A stretch of 64,000 nt of DNA from Takakia lepidozioides (lineage: Eukaryota; Plantae; Bryophyta): the NCBI GenBank assembly GCA_030704615.1, contig CM060734.1:37696001-37760000 (forward strand). The letters run 5' to 3'. The notes under the pieces are model-generated. The model saw only the letters and a list, made by a program, of their open reading frames with translations. It was not told where the DNA came from and made no database searches. Below, piece after piece: positions 13,397 to 26,600 of this stretch (positions are counted from its first letter, which is position 1; the number at the start of each line of letters is the position of its first letter). Made by a program: the position numbers and the translations under genes.

Positions 13397-13610
13397 TTTT
13401 TATTTATTTATTTTTTAATGTAATGGAAACACCTGGGAGCGACAGCTCACAAATCAGGCCCCCTTAATAGTATAACCTCTTTCACAGTAACCCCGCCATG
13501 TGGCGTTGGAATGGGACACCACCCAGGAACATATCACACTCGTCAGTAGCATTTGACCCCATCATCATCTTGGTGGCACTAAGTGCACTTCACCAACTGA
13601 GCTACTGACT
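13397..13610 (-). mobile_element. tRNA-derived SINE
   Basis: Minus strand has an A-box TAGCTCAGTTGG (13593-13604), a B-box-like GGGGTCAAATGC (13549-13560) and an (AAAT)n/A tail at 13397-13417. Confidence 0.65.
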
Positions 13611-13889
13611 GTTGGTATCTCATTCAACTCTTACTAAACGTCAAGTGAACAGTGGAACTTGCTTTATGAGCCAAATAGAAACTGTTTTTTCTCCTGAAGT
13701 TTATACATAATGTTTCTTTATTGCTCATATTGTATATTAATAGACAAACAATTATATATATATATATATATATATTTAAAATGATCCATTTAAATTCATT
13801 TAAATGATTTAAAAAATACATATTCAGATATTTCTCCTTATTTCTGGACCAAACTTTAGTCCAGATTTACTTAAAACTGTGTGTTTCAA

Positions 13890-16739
13890 GCCGTCGTAAG
13901 AGAAATTTATGGATGTGCCAGACGGCATGGTTGTGTCGAGTAATACGAAGGTCATGAATAACGGGATGTGTGCATTGGCTAAGCAGGTGAAGCCAAGTGT
14001 TGCGGGTCGAGTGGGTGCTAGTACATAGCGGACAATTTGAGGAGGGGAAAATGTGGGGCTAGAAGGTGTGTTTCCGCTGGTGGCCCATGTACTGTGCATA
14101 TCTGAATTTAAGGGTCTGTTTTATTTGAGCGTCAGTTGCAAGATATGTGTGCCAGAAATGATTAGATAGTTTATGGTTCAGTACTGAGGATTGTGTCCAT
14201 TTCTGGATATGTAGTTTAGTGTGGCTAGCGGAAGTTGAGGCTTGTTTGTTAGTTTTTCGAGTAAGGGAGGTAAAGAGGTTCCGGATAAGACAAGGTTCCG
14301 GGGGGCCAGGAACGGGGTGGATGAACCAGAATGGATGGGCATGGGCAACATGGATGGGGTCTGGAGTGGGATCCACCGGGGGCCGGGTGGCCCCGCATTG
14401 GGCAAAGAGGTCAGCCATTTCGTTGCCAATGATACGGCCAGTGTGCGAGCGAACTTTGAAAGGATGGGTTGGTTCAGGGAGATATCAAGATGGACGATGG
14501 CGGCGATGAGGTTCTGATCAAGGTGGTGGTGGTGCGAGGAAGGGTGGGAGAGGTGGTTACGGATGAGAAATAGTGAGGTAAGGCTATTGGTAAAGATATA
14601 GTGGGGTGGGGGGGGAGTGAGGGGAGTTGGATGAGGGCATCATGGATGGCCATGAGTTCAGCACGAAGGATGTTGGCGGCCGGGAAGGCACAGGGCAAGC
14701 CCTTGGTTGGTAGCGGCATGGTAAATATCGTATCTAGCCCTAGGGCCCGCTATGAGGGATCCATCAGTGTAGTGCGAGTGGGCAGGTGGGTACTTAAGAG
14801 GTAGAACCTGTTGGGATACCGGGGGTTCACTATGAGCGGGCATAATAAATGAGATAGGGGGGTAGGGTAGCGCTTTAGACCATGTTTTACCTGGGTTTAT
14901 TCTGAGGTAAGGGCTGGGAGTAGCGGGTTGGGGCGGGGGGATAGGAAATGTAGTTGCTTTTATGCCATGCATGTCAGTTAGGAGGCGAGTAAGGCGGGAA
15001 GGAAAGTCGGTGGGTATGGTGGCAGCGGTGGGGGTGCGATGGACAAGCAATATTAGGGTTAGGGTGGGTTCCCCGTGTTTTAGGTATTTGGGAAGGGGCA
15101 GGGTGCGGGATTATTTGATCTGGTTTGGATCAATAGCAGGTAAAGGTGTGACCTCAGGGGGGAGGTGGAGGAGAGGGTGCCTAGAGGTTGGCAGTTGTTG
15201 GTGTGTTAGAAGAAAGATGGTGGCGGCGGAGGAGGGGGAGGATTGGGCCGCGAGGCGAGCCCATTGGAGAGCTTCATGCGCGAATAGCCTAGGGGGTGGA
15301 TGTGCAAGCCCGCGACCAGTCCATGTATGTTGTGTGGCAAAGCCGGAGGCTCCAAATATGCAATCCCGGGGGTGGGGGCTAGAGTATGACAAGAGCTCCA
15401 TCGGGCATGTGAGCGGGCTAGAGTAATAAGAGTGTGTGATTTGAAAAGAGGTTATAAGAAATGCTAGGATGTCAGGTGGGAGGGTGGTGTGAGAGTAGGC
15501 TTGGGTTAGCTTGTGGGAGATGCTCGGTTTTTTTGGGGGGGTATCACCTAAGTAGCGGTCAACAAGTCAGCAAACTTCTGTAGCAAAGTCTTGCCTAGGG
15601 GGCAGTAGCTGACTGGGTAACGGGTTGGAGTTTGAGAATCTGTGCCATAGCCAAGTGAGTCTGTCATTGGAGATGAGTCCATTGTAGCGGCCATAAAGAG
15701 CGTATAGACTGGACATACGTTTGCCAGAGCGTATTATGGGGGGGATGTGCATGATATCTTTGTCAGGGTTGCATTCCGTTATGCATACATGCACCTCAGG
15801 AGCAACTAGGGGGTTATGGACATATCGGGCGTCCAACAACTGGGTTTGGGAAGTATGTTGTTGGTGTATATGAGCTAGGTAGTTGGTAGTAGTTGTTTTA
15901 TGGAATGCGGTGAGAAGGTCAAGGTTATGGGCCGGGTCACAGTCGTCATGGGACCCAAAAAGGTCATCCTCTGTTTGCCAGGTGTTGTCTTCTGGTGGGT
16001 AGCTAGCCCATTTACATAGATAGAAAGTGTCAAGGCATGTGGCGTCAAACTCATCGGTAGAGGTTTGAGTTTTGATCCCTAAAATAGCTTCAATAATGGA
16101 GGCTTCCGGATTGTCATGATTGGTAGAGTGTGGGGTTAGGAGTGAAGGCGGGTGAGCTCTAGGGACAACGGGGTGTGTGGGGTAGCCGGGCCGGAAGAGG
16201 TGGGTGTGGTCAAGATTGACCCTGTCTCATGGATGGGGGCGGGGTGATAGAGTGGAGGGGGAGGGGGGGGGGGGGGGGGGTCGGTAGTTGTAGGATCTAT
16301 GTTAGTCATAGAAGCTTTGAGCTTATGGAGAATAGAAGAGGCTGGGGTTGTTCTATATTGAGGGTGGAGATCTTGTTTGTTATGGGGGAAGAGTGTGCAG
16401 GGTAGGTCACACTCAAGTGTGCAGGAAGTGGTCATATGGCAGAAAAGAGAACGAAGGTGGGATAGGTATCGGCAAGTTTTGACGGTAGCTCTGGAATATT
16501 TGAGGGTGAACTCGTTAGGAGTGAGTAGTCTGTAGCTAGAGGCTGTGGTGAGTTGGGCAAGTGTCATGATGTGCTGTACTTTAAAGTAAGCAAGGATGGG
16601 CAATTTTTGGCGGGGGTGTAGTTCCTTGAATGCAGAGAGGAGTGGACTGTCAAGCCAAGCTTGTTCCGGGGTGAGGTGGTGTTAGGATAGCCGGGGAGAT
16701 CGGTTTGTATGCTAATGTTCATTTGACGTAGGATGTATA
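13890..16739 (-). mobile_element. LINE 3' half: chromodomain, Dam-like methylase remnant, RNase H, CCHC knuckle + RHN motif; 3'-truncated and degenerate
   Basis: Chromodomain FYLCKWASYPPEDNTWQTEDDL (~15960-16030). Dam-like SSPLTCP...RDCIFGA...WTGRGLAHPP (~15290-15425). RNase H HYTDGS, ILRAELMAI and IIGNEMAD (14410-14780). CPLC..WLHLLSQC..RITRHNHAV (13920-14036). Confidence 0.85.
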
Positions 16740-17318
16740 CTCCAGTCTGTGAGGTCCACAAAACATCAAATAGATTGAAGGAACAATCCAGGCAGTCCAT
16801 GCAACCCCCATCTCCAACAACAGTTTGTAACCATGAATGTGAATTCCACGCACACATTGCAAACAGGACAACAAGGACACACAACCATCCCATTTCAAAT
16901 TTGGCCCAGAATTAAACCAAAAGAAAACTTCATATCAAGTGTCGCAGTCATCACAATCAGTGTCCACCTCCTGTGCTATGTCATCTACAAAGATTCTGGC
17001 CCCAACACCACGTGTTCTACGAAGGCCGTCGTAAGGTGGACTCGGAGTGCCATGAATGGACATGCTTGCTGCGAGTGCCTCCGCATAGACAAGTAGCACG
17101 CAAGACCGAGGAGGACTGCAAACAAGTCCAAATAGGTGTGATAGCCCTGGAGGGCAAGTGGAAGCACGCGGACTCCTGCGCATGTCCACAAAACCCCATT
17201 TTTAACACAATGATGCAATGCACAAGTCCAACAAAGAGGATGTCTCCCATGTGCACTTTGCCTGAAGAACAGCGACTCTCGATATTGAAACAACAATGAA
17301 AGCATGCACAGGTTGAAC

Positions 17319-17639
17319 TTACTCACAGGCAAAGTCGGAGTCCAGCTCCTTGTCAGAAGTCTCCTCTGTATCAGTATCAACGGGACGGGGCTTCGGAAGG
17401 ACTTGAGAAGTGTGTCCACCCAAACCCATCAGGAGGTTCTTGTAAATCTCAGCATCCCCTTCAATCCAAAAGACATGTCGCGCACTGGCCTTGCAAGCGT
17501 GGTAAGAAGCACCTGCAATGGAATAGAATGAATGAAGAAGACATTGAAGACACATTCGGAACGGTGGGAAGTGCTGAAAGTGCAAGCTCAATCAAACCTC
17601 ATGAAATGTGAATGTTGAAGAGACGAACCTGTGCCCATC
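17319..17639 (-). pseudogene. Inverted C-terminal part of the DNA methyltransferase gene (end of motif I onward)
   Basis: MGT|G-ASYHACKASARHVFWIEGDAEIYKNLL, with a phase-consistent GT-AG intron at 17628-17513. Confidence 0.7.
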
Positions 17640-20600
17640 TTGGTGTTAAATTTGGACTTCCAGGGCAGGTTTATGATGATGAAATAACCATTCAGTGGCA
17701 GCTCAAACAGTGTGCGCCAACGCACAATGTTTGAGCTGAACATGTAAGTGTTTTTTCAGATTGAAATTCGGCATTTAGGGCACGTTTCTGAGGATGAAAT
17801 AACCCCTCACTGGCAGCTCAAACAGTGTGCGCCAACGCACACTGTTTGAGCTGTACATGTCACTGCTTTTTTGGTGTTAAATTCGGACTAACAGGGCACG
17901 TTTATGATAATGAAATAACCATTCACTGGCAGCTCAAACAGTGTGCGTTGGCGCACACTGTTTGAGCTGAACATGTAAGTGTTTTTTCAGATTGAAATTC
18001 AGCATTTAGGGCACGTTTCTGAGGATGAAATAATCCCTCACTGGCAGCTCAAACAGTGTGCGCCAACGCACACTGTTTGAGCTGTACATGTCACTGCTTT
18101 TTTGGTGTTAAATTCGGACTTCCAGGGCAGGTTTATGATGATGAAATAACCATTCAGTGGCAGCTCAAACAGTGTGCGTTGGCGCACACTCTTTGAGCTA
18201 AACATATAAGTGTTTTTTCCGATTGAAATTTGGCATTTAGGGCACGTTTCTGAGGATGAAATAACCATTCAGTGGCAGCTCAAACAGTGTGCGCCAACGC
18301 ACACTGTTTCAGGTGAACATGTAAGTGTTTTTTCCGATTGAAATTCGGCATTTAGGGCACGTTTCTGAGGATGAAATAACCATTCAGTGGCAGCTCAAAC
18401 AGTGTGCGCCAACGCACACTGTTTGAGCTGTACATGTTACTGCTTTTTTGGTGTTAAAATCGGACTTCCAGGGCAGGTTTATGATGATGAAATAACCATT
18501 CAGTGGCAGCTCAAAGAGTGTGCACCAACACACACTGTTTGAGCTGATCATGTAAGTGTTTTTTCCGATTGAAATTCGGACTTCCAGGGCAGGTTTATGA
18601 TGATGAAATAACCATTCAGTGGCAGCTCAAACAATGTGCGTTGGCGCACACTGTTTGAGCTGAACATGTAAGTGTTTTTTCCGATTGAAATTCGGCATTT
18701 TGGGCACGTTTTTGAGGATGAAATAACCATTCAGTGGCAGCTCAAATAGTGTGCGCCAACGCACACTGTTTGAGCTGAACATGTAAGTGTTTTTTCCGAT
18801 TGAAATTCGGCATTTAGGGCACGGTTCTGAGGATGAAATAACAATTTAGTGGCAGCTCAAACAGTGTGCGCCAACGCACACTGTTTGAGCTGTACATGTC
18901 ACTGCTTTTTTGGTGTTAAATTTGGACTTCCACGGCAGGTTTATGATGATGAAATAACCATCTAGTGGCAGCTCAAACAGTGTGCGCCAACGCACACTGT
19001 TTGAGCTGTACATGTCACTGCTTTTTTGGTGTTAAATTCGGACTTCCAGGGCACGTTTATGATGATGAAATAACCATTCAGTGGCAGCTCAAACAGTGTG
19101 CGTTGGCGCACAATGTTTGAGCTGAACATGTAAGTGTTTTTTCAGATTGAAATTCGGCATTTAGGGCACGTTTCTGAGGATGAAATAACCCCTCACTGGC
19201 AGCTCAAACAGTGTGCGCCAACGCACACTGTTTGAGCTGTACATGTCACTGCTTTTTTGGTGTTAAATTCGGACTTCCAGGGCACGTTTATGATAATGAA
19301 ATAACCATTCAGTGGCAGCTCAAACAGTGTGCGTTGGCGCACACTGTTTGAGCTGAACATGTAAGTGTTTTTTCAGATTGAAATTCGGCATTTAGGGCAC
19401 GTTTCTGAGGATGAAATAATCCCTCACTGGCAGCTAAAACAGTGTGCGCCAACGCACACTGTTTCAGGTGAACATGTAAGTGTTTTTTCCGATTGAAATT
19501 CGGCATTTAGGGCTTGTTTCTGAGGATGAAATAACCATTCAGTGGCAGCTCAAACAGTGTGCGCCAACGCACACTGTTTGAGCTGTACATGTTACTGCTT
19601 TTTTGGTGTTAAAATCGGACTTCCAGGGCAGGTTTATGATGATGAAATAACCATTCAGTGGCAGCTCAAAGAGTGTGAGCCAACACAAACTGTTTGAGCT
19701 GATCATGTAAGTGTTTTTTCCGAATGAAATTCGGACTTCGAGGGCAGGTTTATAATGATGAAATAACCATTCAGTGGCAGCTCAAACAATGTGCGTTGGC
19801 GCACACTGTTTGAGCTGAACATGTAAGTGTTTTTTCCGATTGAAATTCGGCATTTTGGGCACGTTTTTGAGAATGAAATAACCATTCAGTGGCAGCTCAA
19901 ATAGTGTGCGCCAACGCACACTGTTTGAGGTGAACATGTAAGTGTTTTTTCCGATTGAAATTCGGCATTTAGGGCACGTTTCTGAGGATGAAATAACCAT
20001 TTAGTGGCAGCTCAAACAGTGTGCGCCAACGCACACTGTTTGAGCTGTACATGTCACTGCTTTTTTGGTGTTAAATTTTGACTTCCTGGGCAGGTTTATG
20101 ATGATGAAATAACCATTCAGTGGCAGCTCAAACAGTGTGCGCCAACGCACAATGTTTGAGCTGAACATGTAAGTGTTTTTTCATATTGAAATTCGGCATT
20201 TAGGGCACGTTTCTGAGGATGAAATAACCCCTCACCGGCAGTTTAAACAGTGTGCGCCAACGCACACTGTTTGAGCTGTACATGTCACTGCTTTTTTGGT
20301 GTTAAATTCGGACTTCCAGGGCAGGTTTATGATGATGAAATAACCATTCAGTGGCAGCTCTAACAGTGTGCGTTGGCGCACACTGTTTGAGTTGAACATG
20401 TTAGTGTTTTTTCAGATTGAAATTCGGCATTTAGGGCACGTTTCTGAGGATGAAATTATCCCTCACTGGCAGCTCAAACAGTGTGCGCCAACGCACACTG
20501 TTTGAGCTGTACATGTCACTGCTTTTTCGGTGTTAAATTTGGACTTCCAGGGCAGGTTAATGATGATGAAATAACCATCTAGTGGCAGCTCAAACAGTGT

Positions 20601-23600
20601 GCGCCAACGCACACTGTTTGAGCTGTACATGTCACTGCTTTTTTGGTGTTAAATTCGGACTTCCAGGGCATGTTTATGATGATGAAATAACCATTCAGTG
20701 GCAGCTCAAACAGTGTGCGTTGGCGCACAATGTTTGAGCTGAACATGTAAGAGTTTTTTCAGATTGAAATTCGGCATTTACGGCACGTTTCTGAGGATGA
20801 AATAACCCCTCACTGGCAGCTCAAACAGTGTGCGCCAACGCACACTGTTTGAGCTGTACATGTCACTACTTTTTTGGTGTTAAATTCGGACTTCCAGGGC
20901 ACGTTTATGATAATGAAATAACCATTCAGTGGCAGCTCAAACAGTGTCCGTTGGCGCACACTGTTTGAGCTGAACATGTAAGTGTTTTTTCAGATTGAAA
21001 TTCGGCATTTAGGGCACGTTTCTGAGGATGAAATAATCCCTCACTGGCAGCTCAAACAGTGTGCGCCAACGCACACTGTTTGAGCTGTACATGTCACTGC
21101 TTTTCTGGTGTTAAATTCGGACTTCCAGGGCAGGTTTATGATGATGAAATAACCATTCAGTGGCAGCTCAAACAGTGTGCGTTGGCGCACACTCTTTGAG
21201 CTAAACATATAAGTGTTTTTTCCGATTGAAATTTGGCATTTAGGGCACGTTTCTGAGGATGAAATAACCATTCAGTGGCAGCTCACACAGTGTGCGCCAA
21301 CGCACACTGTTTCAGGTGAACATGTAAGTGTTTTTTCCGATTGAAATTCGGTATTAAGGGCACGTTTCTGAGGATGAAATAACCATTCAGTGGCAGCTCA
21401 AACAGTGTGCGCCAACGCACACAATTTGAGCTCATGTTACTGCTTTTTTGGTGTTAAAATCGGACTTCCAGGGCAGGTTTATGATGATGAAATAACCATT
21501 CAGTGGCACCTCAAAGAGTGTGCGCCAACACACACTGTTTGAGCTGAACATGTAAGTGTTTTTTTCCGATTGAAATTCGGCATTAAGGGCATGTTTCTGA
21601 GGATGAAATAACCATTCAGTGGCAGCTCAAATAGTGTGCGCCAACGCACACTGTTTGAGCTGTACATGTCACTGCTTTTTTGGTGGTAAATTCGGACTTC
21701 CAGGGCAGGTTTATGATGATAAAATAACCATTCAGTGGCAGCTCAAACAGTGTGCATTGGCGCACACTGTTTGAGCTGAACATATAAGTGTTTTTTCCGA
21801 TTGAAATTCGGCATTTAGGGCACGTTTCTGAGGATGAAATAACCATTCAGTGGCAGCTCAAACAATGTGCGTTGGCCGACAATGTTTGAGCTGAACATGT
21901 AAGTGTTTTTTCAGATTGAAGTTCGGCATTTAGGGCACGTTTCTGAGGATGAAATAATCCCTCACTGGCAGCTCAAACAGTGTGCGCCAACACACACTGT
22001 TTGAGCTTTACATGTCACTGCTTTTTTGGTGTTAAATTCGGACTTACAGGGCACGTTTATGATAATGAAATAACCATTCAGTAGCAGCTCAAAGAGTGTG
22101 CGCCAACGCACACTGTTTGAGGTGAACATGTAAGTGTTTTTTCCGATTGAAATTCGGCATTTAGGGCACGTTTCTGAGGATGAAATAACCATTTAGTGGC
22201 AGCTCAAACAGTGTGCGCCAACGCACACTGTTTGAGCTATACATGTCACTGCTTTTTTGGTGTTAAATTTCGACTTCCAGGGCAGGTTTATGATGATGAA
22301 ATAACCATTCAGTGGCAGCTCAAACAGTGTGCGCCAACGCACACTGTTTGAGCTTTACATGTCACTGCTTTTTTGGTGTTAAATTCGGACTTCCAGGGCA
22401 GGTTTATGATGATGAAATAACCATTCAGTGGCAGCTCAAACCGTATGCGTTGGCGCACAATGTTTGAGCTGAACATGTAAGTGTTTTTTCAGATTGAAAT
22501 TCGGCATTTAGGGCACGTTTCTGAGGATGAAATAACCCCTCACTGGCAGCTCAAACAGTGTGCGCCAACGCACACTGTTTGAGCTGTACATGTCACTGCT
22601 TTTTTGGTGTTAAATTCGGACTTACAGGGCACGTTTATGATAATGAAATAACCATTCAGTGGCAGCTCAAACAGTGTGCGTTGGCGCACACTGTTTGAGC
22701 TGAACATGTAAGTGTTTTTTCAGATTGAAATTCGGCATTTAGGGCACGTTTCTGAGGATGAAATAATCCCTCACTGGCAGCTAAAACAGTGTGCGCCAAC
22801 GCACACTGTTTCATGTGACATGTAAGTGTTTTTTCCGATTGAAATTCGGCATTTAGGGCTCGTTTCTGAGGATGAAATAACCATTCAGTGGGAGCTCAAA
22901 TAGTGTGCGCCAACGCACACTGTTTGAGTTGTACATGTTACTGCTTTTTTGGTGTTAAAATCGTACTTCCAGGGCAGGTTTATGATGATGAAATAACCAT
23001 TCAGTGGCAGCTCAAAGAGTGTGCGCCAACACACACTGTTTGAGCTGATCATGTAAGTGTTTTTTCCGATTGAAATTCGGACTTCAAGGGAGGTTTATGA
23101 TGATGAAATAACCATTCAGTGGCAGCTCAACCAATGTGCGTTGGCGCACACTGTTTGAGCTGAACATGTAAGTGTTTTTTCCGATTGAAATTCGGCATTT
23201 TGGGCACGTTTTTGAGGATGAAATAACCATTCAGTGGCAGCTCAAATAGTGTGCGCCAACGCACACTGTTTGAGGTGAACATGTAAGTGTTTTTTCCGAT
23301 TGAAATTCGGCATTGAGGGCACGTTTCTGAGGATGAAATAACCATTTAGTGGCAGCTCAATCAGTGTGCGCCAACGCACAATGTTTGAGCTGTACATGTC
23401 ACTGCTTTTTTGGTGTTAAATTTGGACTTCCAGGGCAGGTTTATGATGATGAAATAACCATTCAGTGGCAGCTCAAACAGTGTGCGTTGGCGCACACTGT
23501 TTGAGCTGAACATGTAAGTGTTTTTTCATATTGAAATTCGGCATTTAGGGCACGTTTCTGAGGATGAAATAATCCCTCACTGGCAGGTCAAACAGTGTGC

Positions 23601-26600
23601 GCCAACGCACACTGTTTGAGCTGTACATGTCACTGCTTTTTTGGTGGTAAATTCGGACTTCCAGGGCAGGTTTATGATGATAAAATAACCATTCAGTGGC
23701 AGCTCAAACAGTGTGCATTGGCGCACACTGTTTGAGCTGAACATATAAGTGTTTTTTCCGATTGAAATTCGGCATTTAGGGCACGTTTCTGAGGATGAAA
23801 TAACCATTCAGTGGCAGCTCAAACAGTGTGCGTTGGCCGACAATGTTTCAGCTGGACATGTAAGTGTTTTTTCAGATTGAAATTCGGCATTTAGGGCACG
23901 TTTCTGAGGATGAAATTATCCCTCACTGGCAGGTCAAACAGTGTACGCCAACGCACACTGTTTGAGCTGTACATGTCACTGCTTTTTTGGTGTTAAATTC
24001 GGACTTACAGGGCACGTTTATGATAATGAAATAACCATTCAGTGGCAGCTCAAACAGTGTGCGTTGGCGCACACTGTTTGAGCTGAACATGTAAGTGTTT
24101 TTTCAGATTGAAATTCGGCATTTAGGGCACGTTTCTTAGGATGAAATAACCCCTCACCGGCAGTTCAAACAGTGTGCGCCAACGCACACTGTTTGAGCTG
24201 TACATGTCATTGCTTTTTTGGTGTTAAATTCGGACTTCCAGGGCACGTTTATGATGATGAAATAACCATTCAGTGGCAGCTCAAACAGTGTGCGTTGGCG
24301 CACAATCTTTGAGCTGAACATGTAAGTGTTTTTTCAGATTGAAATTCGGCATTTAGGGCACGTTTCTGAGGATGAAATAACCCCTCACTGGCAGCTCAAA
24401 CAGTGTGCGCCAACGCACACTGTTTGAGCTGTACATGTCACTGCTTTTTTGGTGTTAAATTCGGACTTACAGGGCACGTTTATGATAATGAAATAACCAT
24501 TCAGTGGCAGCTCAAACAGTGTGCGTTGGCGCACACTGTTTGAGCTGAACATGTAAGTGTTTTTTCAGATTGAAATTCGGCATTTAGGGCACGTTTCTTA
24601 GGATGAAATAACCCCTCACCGGCAGTTCAAACAGTGTGCGCCAACGCACACTGTTTGAGCTGTACATGTCACTGCTTTTTTGGTGTTAAATTCGGACTTC
24701 CAGGGCACGTTTCTGAGGATGAAATAACCATTCAGTGGCAGCTCAAACAGTGTGCGTTGGCGCACAATCATTGAGCTGAACATGTAAGTGTTTTTTCAGA
24801 TTGAAATTCGGCATTTAGGGCACGTTTCTGAGAATGAAATAACCCCTCACTGGCAGCTCAAATAGTGTGCGCCAACACACACTGTTTGAGCTGTACATGT
24901 CACTGCTTTTTTGGTGTTAAATTCGGACTTACAGGGCACGTTTATGATTATGAAATAACCATTTAGTGGCAGCTCAAACAGTGTGCGATGGCGCACAATC
25001 TTTGAGCTAAACATATACGTGTTTTTTCCGATTGAAATTTGGCATTTAGGGCACGTTTTTGAGGATGAAATAACCATTCAGTGGCAGCTCAAACAGTGTG
25101 CGCCAACGCACACTGTTTCAGGTGAACATGTAAGTGTTTTTTCCGATTGAAATTCGGCATTTAGGGCACGTTTCTGAGGATGAAATAACCATTCAGTGGC
25201 AGCTCAAACAGTGTACGCCAACGCACACTGTTTGAGCTGTACATGTTCTTGCTTTTTTGGTGTTAAAATCGGACTTCCAGGGCAGGTTTATGATGATGAA
25301 ATAACCATTCAGTGGCAGCTCAAAGAGTGTGCACCAACACACACTGTTTGAGCTGAACATGTAAGTGTTTTTTCAGATTGAAATTCGGCATTTAGGGCAC
25401 GTTTCTGAGGATGAAATAATCCCTCACTAGCAACCCAAACAGTGTGCGCCAACACACACTGTTTGAGCTGTACATGTCACTGCTTTTTTGGTGTTAAATA
25501 TGGACTTACAGGGCACGTTTATGATAATGAAATAACCATTCAGTGGCAGCTCAAACAGTGTGCGTTGGCGCACACTGCTTGAGCTGAACATGTAAGTGTT
25601 TTTTCAGATTGAAATTCGGCATTTAGGGCACGTTTCTGAGGATGAAATAATCCCTCACTAGCAGCTCAAACAGTGTGCGCCAACACACACTGTTTGAGCT
25701 GTACATGTCACTGCTTTTTTGGTGTTAAATTTGGACTTCCAGGGCAGGTTTATGATGATGAAATAACCATTCAGTGGCAGCTCAAATAGTGTGCGCCAAC
25801 ACACACTGTTTGAGCTGATCATGTAAGTGTTTTTTCCGATTGAAATTCGGACTTCCAGGGCAGGTTTATGATGATGAAATAACCATTCAGTGGCAGCTCA
25901 ACCAATGTGCGTTGGCGCACACTGTTTGAGCTGAACATGTAAGTGTTTTTTCCGATTGAAATTCGGCATTTTGGGCACGTTTTTGAGGATGAAATATCCA
26001 TTCAGTGGCAGCTCAAATAGTGTGCGCCAACGCACACTGTTTGAGGTGAACATGTAAGTGTTTTTTCCGATTGAAATTCGGCATTGAGGGCACGTTTCTG
26101 AGGATGAAATAACCATTTAGTGGCAGCTCAATCAGTGTGCGCCAACGCACACTGTTTGAGCTGTACATGTCACTGCTTTTTTGGTGTTAAATTTGGACTT
26201 CCAGGGCAGGTTTATGACGATGAAATAACCATTCGGTGGCAGCTCAAACAGTGTGCGTTGGCGCACACTGTTTGAGCTGAACATGTAAGGGTTTTTTCAT
26301 ATTGAAATTCGGCATTTCGGGCACGTTTTTGAGGGTGAAATAATCCCTCACTGGCAGGTCAAACAGTGTGCGCCAATGCACACTGTTTGAGCTGTACATG
26401 TCACTGCTTTTTTGGTGGTAAATTCGGACTTCCAGGGCAGGTTTATGATGATAAAATAACCATTCAGTGGCAGCTCAAACAGTGTGCATTGGCGCACACT
26501 GTTTGAGCTGAACATATAAGTGTTTTTTCGATTGAAATTCAGCATTTAGGGCACGTTTCTGAGGATGAAATAACCATTCAGTGGCAGCTCAAACAGTGTG

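Noticed and set aside
13540-13610. Functional tRNA gene
   Set aside because: Only A/B boxes and a partial stem are present, followed by an unrelated body and A tail, so it fits a SINE better.
16733-17531. Plus-strand ORFs 16733-16915, 16973-17299 and 17304-17531 as a gene
   Set aside because: The recognisable motif and splice sites are on the minus strand (methylase C-terminus).
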